Below are positions 28,293 to 31,097 of a DNA stretch of 31,097 nt, in pieces. Source of the stretch: Chitinophagales bacterium (lineage in GTDB: Bacteria > Bacteroidota > Bacteroidia > Chitinophagales > CAIODY01); the NCBI GenBank assembly GCA_023251415.1, contig JAHEYX010000001.1, positions 1-31,097 of the forward strand, given 5' to 3'. A model generated the notes under the pieces. It searched no databases, was not told where the DNA came from, and saw only the letters and a program-made list of their open reading frames with translations. The translations under genes were made by a program, and so were the position numbers. The stretch's first letter is position 1; every line of letters begins with the position of its first letter.

Positions 28293-29468
28293 ATGACTTC
28301 TTCATTCTTTTCGGGAACAAAAAAACTGGGTATTTTAGGTGGCGGACAATTAGGGAAAATGCTGTTGCAATGCACCAATACATGGGATATTTACACCATG
28401 GTGCTCGATCCCTCACCCGATTCGCCTTGTCGCAATTTGTGTAACGCCTTTGTGTTGGGTAGCCTTAATGATTTTGATACGGTTTATACTTTTGGCAAAC
28501 AATGCGATGTGCTCACCATTGAAATTGAAAATGTGAATGTAGAAGCCTTGCACCGCTTAAAAGCAGAGGGTGTAGCCATTCATCCCGATCCGGAGGCTTT
28601 AGCTTTAATACAAGATAAAGGTTTACAAAAAGCGTTTTACCGCCAGCACCAAATACCGACTGCCGATTTTTTACTGTTTGCTGATAAGGCGGCTATTCTG
28701 GCTGCTACAACTATTCAACCCGGCGAAACAAAAGCGTTGGTTGAATTTCCATTTGTACAAAAATCGCGTAAAGCCGGTTATGATGGTAAAGGGGTTCAAG
28801 TAATAAAAAGCGCTGCCGATTTAACTTTATTAATGGATGTGCCTTCGGTTGTAGAACGTATGGTTCCTATTCAAACCGAAATAGCCATTATAGTAAGTCG
28901 CAATCCATCCGGTCAAGTATGCAGTTATCCGGCGGTACAAATGGACTTTCATGATGGGGCTAACTTATTGGACGAATTGGTGTTTCCGGCCACTTTAGCC
29001 GATGAAATAACTCATCAAGCGCGTCAATTAGCCGAACGTTTAATTGTTGAATTTAATTTATGCGGCTTATTGGCCGTTGAATTTTTTGTAGATCAGGAAG
29101 GTGCTGTAATTGTAAACGAAGTGGCGCCGCGCCCACACAACAGTGGACATCAAACCATCGAAAGTGCCTTTACTTCGCAATACGAACAGCATATTCGCGC
29201 CATATTGGATTTGCCTTTGGGCAGCACCACCGTTAAGATACCAAGCGTAATGGTAAACTTATTGGGAGAGCCCGGATTTAGCGGTCCGGTTATTTATGAA
29301 GGCCTTTCCGATTGTTTAGCCACCGCTGGAGTAAAAGTGCATATCTATGGTAAAAAAGAAACACGCCCAATGCGCAAAATGGGCCATGTAACAATCATGC
29401 ATCAACAAATAGCAGAAGCAAAAAAAATAGCACAATGGGTAAAACAAACACTAAAAGTAAAAGCGTAA
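28293..29468 (+). CDS. purK: N5-carboxyaminoimidazole ribonucleotide synthase
   Basis: GILGGGQLGKML, EIEN, GYDGKG, NEVAPRPHNSGH, GKKETRPMRKMGHV. Start set at ATG 28293 (MTSSFF). Confidence 0.97.
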   Translation: MTSSFFSGTKKLGILGGGQLGKMLLQCTNTWDIYTMVLDPSPDSPCRNLCNAFVLGSLNDFDTVYTFGKQCDVLTIEIENVNVEALHRLKAEGVAIHPDPEALALIQDKGLQKAFYRQHQIPTADFLLFADKAAILAATTIQPGETKALVEFPFVQKSRKAGYDGKGVQVIKSAADLTLLMDVPSVVERMVPIQTEIAIIVSRNPSGQVCSYPAVQMDFHDGANLLDELVFPATLADEITHQARQLAERLIVEFNLCGLLAVEFFVDQEGAVIVNEVAPRPHNSGHQTIESAFTSQYEQHIRAILDLPLGSTTVKIPSVMVNLLGEPGFSGPVIYEGLSDCLATAGVKVHIYGKKETRPMRKMGHVTIMHQQIAEAKKIAQWVKQTLKVKA

Positions 29469-29956
29469 AAAAAACAGCATCACCGGAAGTAGCTATAATT
29501 ATGGGCTCCGACAGTGATTGGCCGGTAATGAAAGCCGCCAACGATTTTTTACAAAGTATGGGTATTGCTACAATTGCTCGCGTGGTTTCGGCACACCGTA
29601 CACCAAAGTTGATGATGAAATTTGCTTCCGAAGCGCATAGTAAAGGAATTAAAGTAATCATTGCCGGTGCCGGCGGCGCTGCTCATTTACCGGGTATGGT
29701 GGCCAGTATAACACCATTGCCTGTCATTGGCGTTCCTATAAAATCCAGCAATTCAATCGACGGATGGGATTCCATATTGTCGATTTTGCAAATGCCTAAC
29801 GGGGTTCCCGTGGCCACTGTAGCCCTTAACGGCGCTAAAAACGCAGGTATCTTAGCCTTGCAAATAATGGGTGCTTCTAATCCAAAAATTCAACAACAAT
29901 TGCTGGCCTTTAAACAAGGAATGGAGCAAGAAGTTTTGCAAAAGAAATTGAGTTAA
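29435..29956 (+). CDS. purE: N5-carboxyaminoimidazole ribonucleotide mutase
   Basis: IIMGSDSD, VVSAHRTP, IAGAGGAAHLPGM, LPVIGVP, LQMPNGVPVATV; overlaps the purK end by 34 nt. Confidence 0.98.
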   Translation: MGKTNTKSKSVKKTASPEVAIIMGSDSDWPVMKAANDFLQSMGIATIARVVSAHRTPKLMMKFASEAHSKGIKVIIAGAGGAAHLPGMVASITPLPVIGVPIKSSNSIDGWDSILSILQMPNGVPVATVALNGAKNAGILALQIMGASNPKIQQQLLAFKQGMEQEVLQKKLS

Positions 29957-29974
29957 TACGATTTGCTGCAAGCG

Positions 29975-31097
29975 TTAAAACCTGCATCCAATCATCGTAT
30001 CAAAATATTCGGCTACCCCTAAATGCGTCTTTAAACGCACACCGGTGTATATTTCATGTTGTTTGATTTTATTCCATCGTAATAAGGTATAGTTAACCCC
30101 CAATTGCTGAAATGAAATAAATTGTCTGAAAATACCTTGATACAAATACAAGCCTACATTACCTGAAATACTGAATCGTCCAAACAGTACTTCATCGCCA
30201 AATACTGCAGCAAAGCGGCTGGCCTCTGCTACACCATCGCCTGCGCTTGGAAAAAAGAAATCATAAATAATTCGTTCCCCTTTGTTGTACTCGTACCACA
30301 AACCGGCATTCAAGCGATTGCAATACCCTAAGTTTTTAGACAAGCCCATATAAATCGTATAAGAAGGCATTTTAGGCCCTCCGGTAATGGCAAACTCGCT
30401 TCTGGCATACGACACTTGTATGTTTTTTTGCAAATGCAGGTTGCGTTTAACCGGCCAACGCGGTCTAAAATTAGCCGGCACCCGGGTTAAATAGTACTGC
30501 AAACCTATACCACCTGTATATACATTAATACCCAAGTTTGGTGTGGTATAGCGGGCATTGGAATAATGTGTGAAAGCGCCCATCATGCGCATTTCACAGC
30601 GTTCACTGATGCGGTAATTAAACAATAACTTAAATTGAGTTACTTCGTTGATGTGTGAGCCAATAACATTGTTGATGGTATCGTTAACCGCATCGTAAGT
30701 GTTGGTTAAATAGGCCAAGCCATCGCCCAAACCAAAATAGAGTTTTGCTCGTTTGGTTCGAAACAGCGGAAATTGAATATCGGCAATCAAAGCAGCCGAA
30801 CGTCCTAAATGCGGTACATTGCTGAATTGATTAAGAATGAGCGTTGCACCCCACATCGGGTAATGGTATTTGGCATGCCAAGCACGAGCGCCAAAGGTTT
30901 GTTGATGCAGCGAAACCTCAACGGCATAATCAATACCATACGGGTCGGGTTTGAAATTGACCGTATGTTTAAGTATACCTCCGGCTTGTGCGTTTATGCC
31001 AATGACCCATCCTTTGCCAAAGGCCGAAGGATTGGGCTTTTTCATTTCTAAGGTATCTTGCCAATGCGTTTGTGCAAAAGTGTAAGAGCCGGATAAC
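29975..31097 (-). CDS. Acyloxyacyl hydrolase / PagL-like lipid A deacylase beta-barrel, 5' end off the window
   Basis: HYSNARYTTPNLGIN catalytic-type motif; terminal CRF. The frame is open upstream of the listed ATG (31045) to the window edge (...SYTFAQTHWQDTLEMKK), consistent with the end of a signal peptide. Confidence 0.8.
   Translation of the reverse strand, partial: LSGSYTFAQTHWQDTLEMKKPNPSAFGKGWVIGINAQAGGILKHTVNFKPDPYGIDYAVEVSLHQQTFGARAWHAKYHYPMWGATLILNQFSNVPHLGRSAALIADIQFPLFRTKRAKLYFGLGDGLAYLTNTYDAVNDTINNVIGSHINEVTQFKLLFNYRISERCEMRMMGAFTHYSNARYTTPNLGINVYTGGIGLQYYLTRVPANFRPRWPVKRNLHLQKNIQVSYARSEFAITGGPKMPSYTIYMGLSKNLGYCNRLNAGLWYEYNKGERIIYDFFFPSAGDGVAEASRFAAVFGDEVLFGRFSISGNVGLYLYQGIFRQFISFQQLGVNYTLLRWNKIKQHEIYTGVRLKTHLGVAEYFDTMIGCRF

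Noticed and set aside
2193-31051. The many 60-160-aa ORFs antisense to or overlapping in another frame with recognised genes (e.g. 2193-2666, 10007-10369, 15458-15775, 20994-21398, 21423-21779, 23596-23923, 25240-25527, 29395-29661, 30809-31051)
   Set aside because: They overlap well-supported genes and have no recognisable motifs. Long antisense frames are expected from codon bias.
29975-31097. Only one HxSN motif in a ~370-aa PagL-like protein
   Set aside because: As I recall, this longer two-part form is the usual Bacteroidota acyloxyacyl hydrolase architecture.

Overview
A 31-kb chromosomal window from a Bacteroidota bacterium, judged from TAnnTTTG -7 promoter boxes, a T9SS type-B C-terminal domain, DUF4249/DUF5686-type proteins and purK-purE order. 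Most of it is housekeeping and envelope genes: partial mrdA (PBP2), a Wza/SLBB plus Wzz-like export pair, GT2 plus formyltransferase, M13 peptidase, pckA, fumC, panB, CPBP protease, sucD, a diheme cytochrome c, purK, purE and a partial acyloxyacyl-hydrolase-like barrel. I found no tRNA, rRNA, CRISPR array, transposase or phage gene. The least explained segment is about 20.9-23.45 kb. It holds an ECF sigma factor with no neighbouring anti-sigma gene, but with an HxxxCxxC motif in its sigma2-sigma4 linker and a Cys/His-rich C-terminal extension. That gene is followed by SRPBCC and DUF6855-like genes and preceded by a ~390-bp non-coding array of 20-22-bp units built from shuffled higher-order blocks. 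Other notable items are a divergent PurN-fold formyltransferase coupled to an ArnC/GtrB-like glycosyltransferase, an 11-Cys DUF1761 membrane protein coupled to a SAM methyltransferase, and a truncated, frameshifted T9SS-substrate remnant. Family names come from motif recognition only; no database searches were run.
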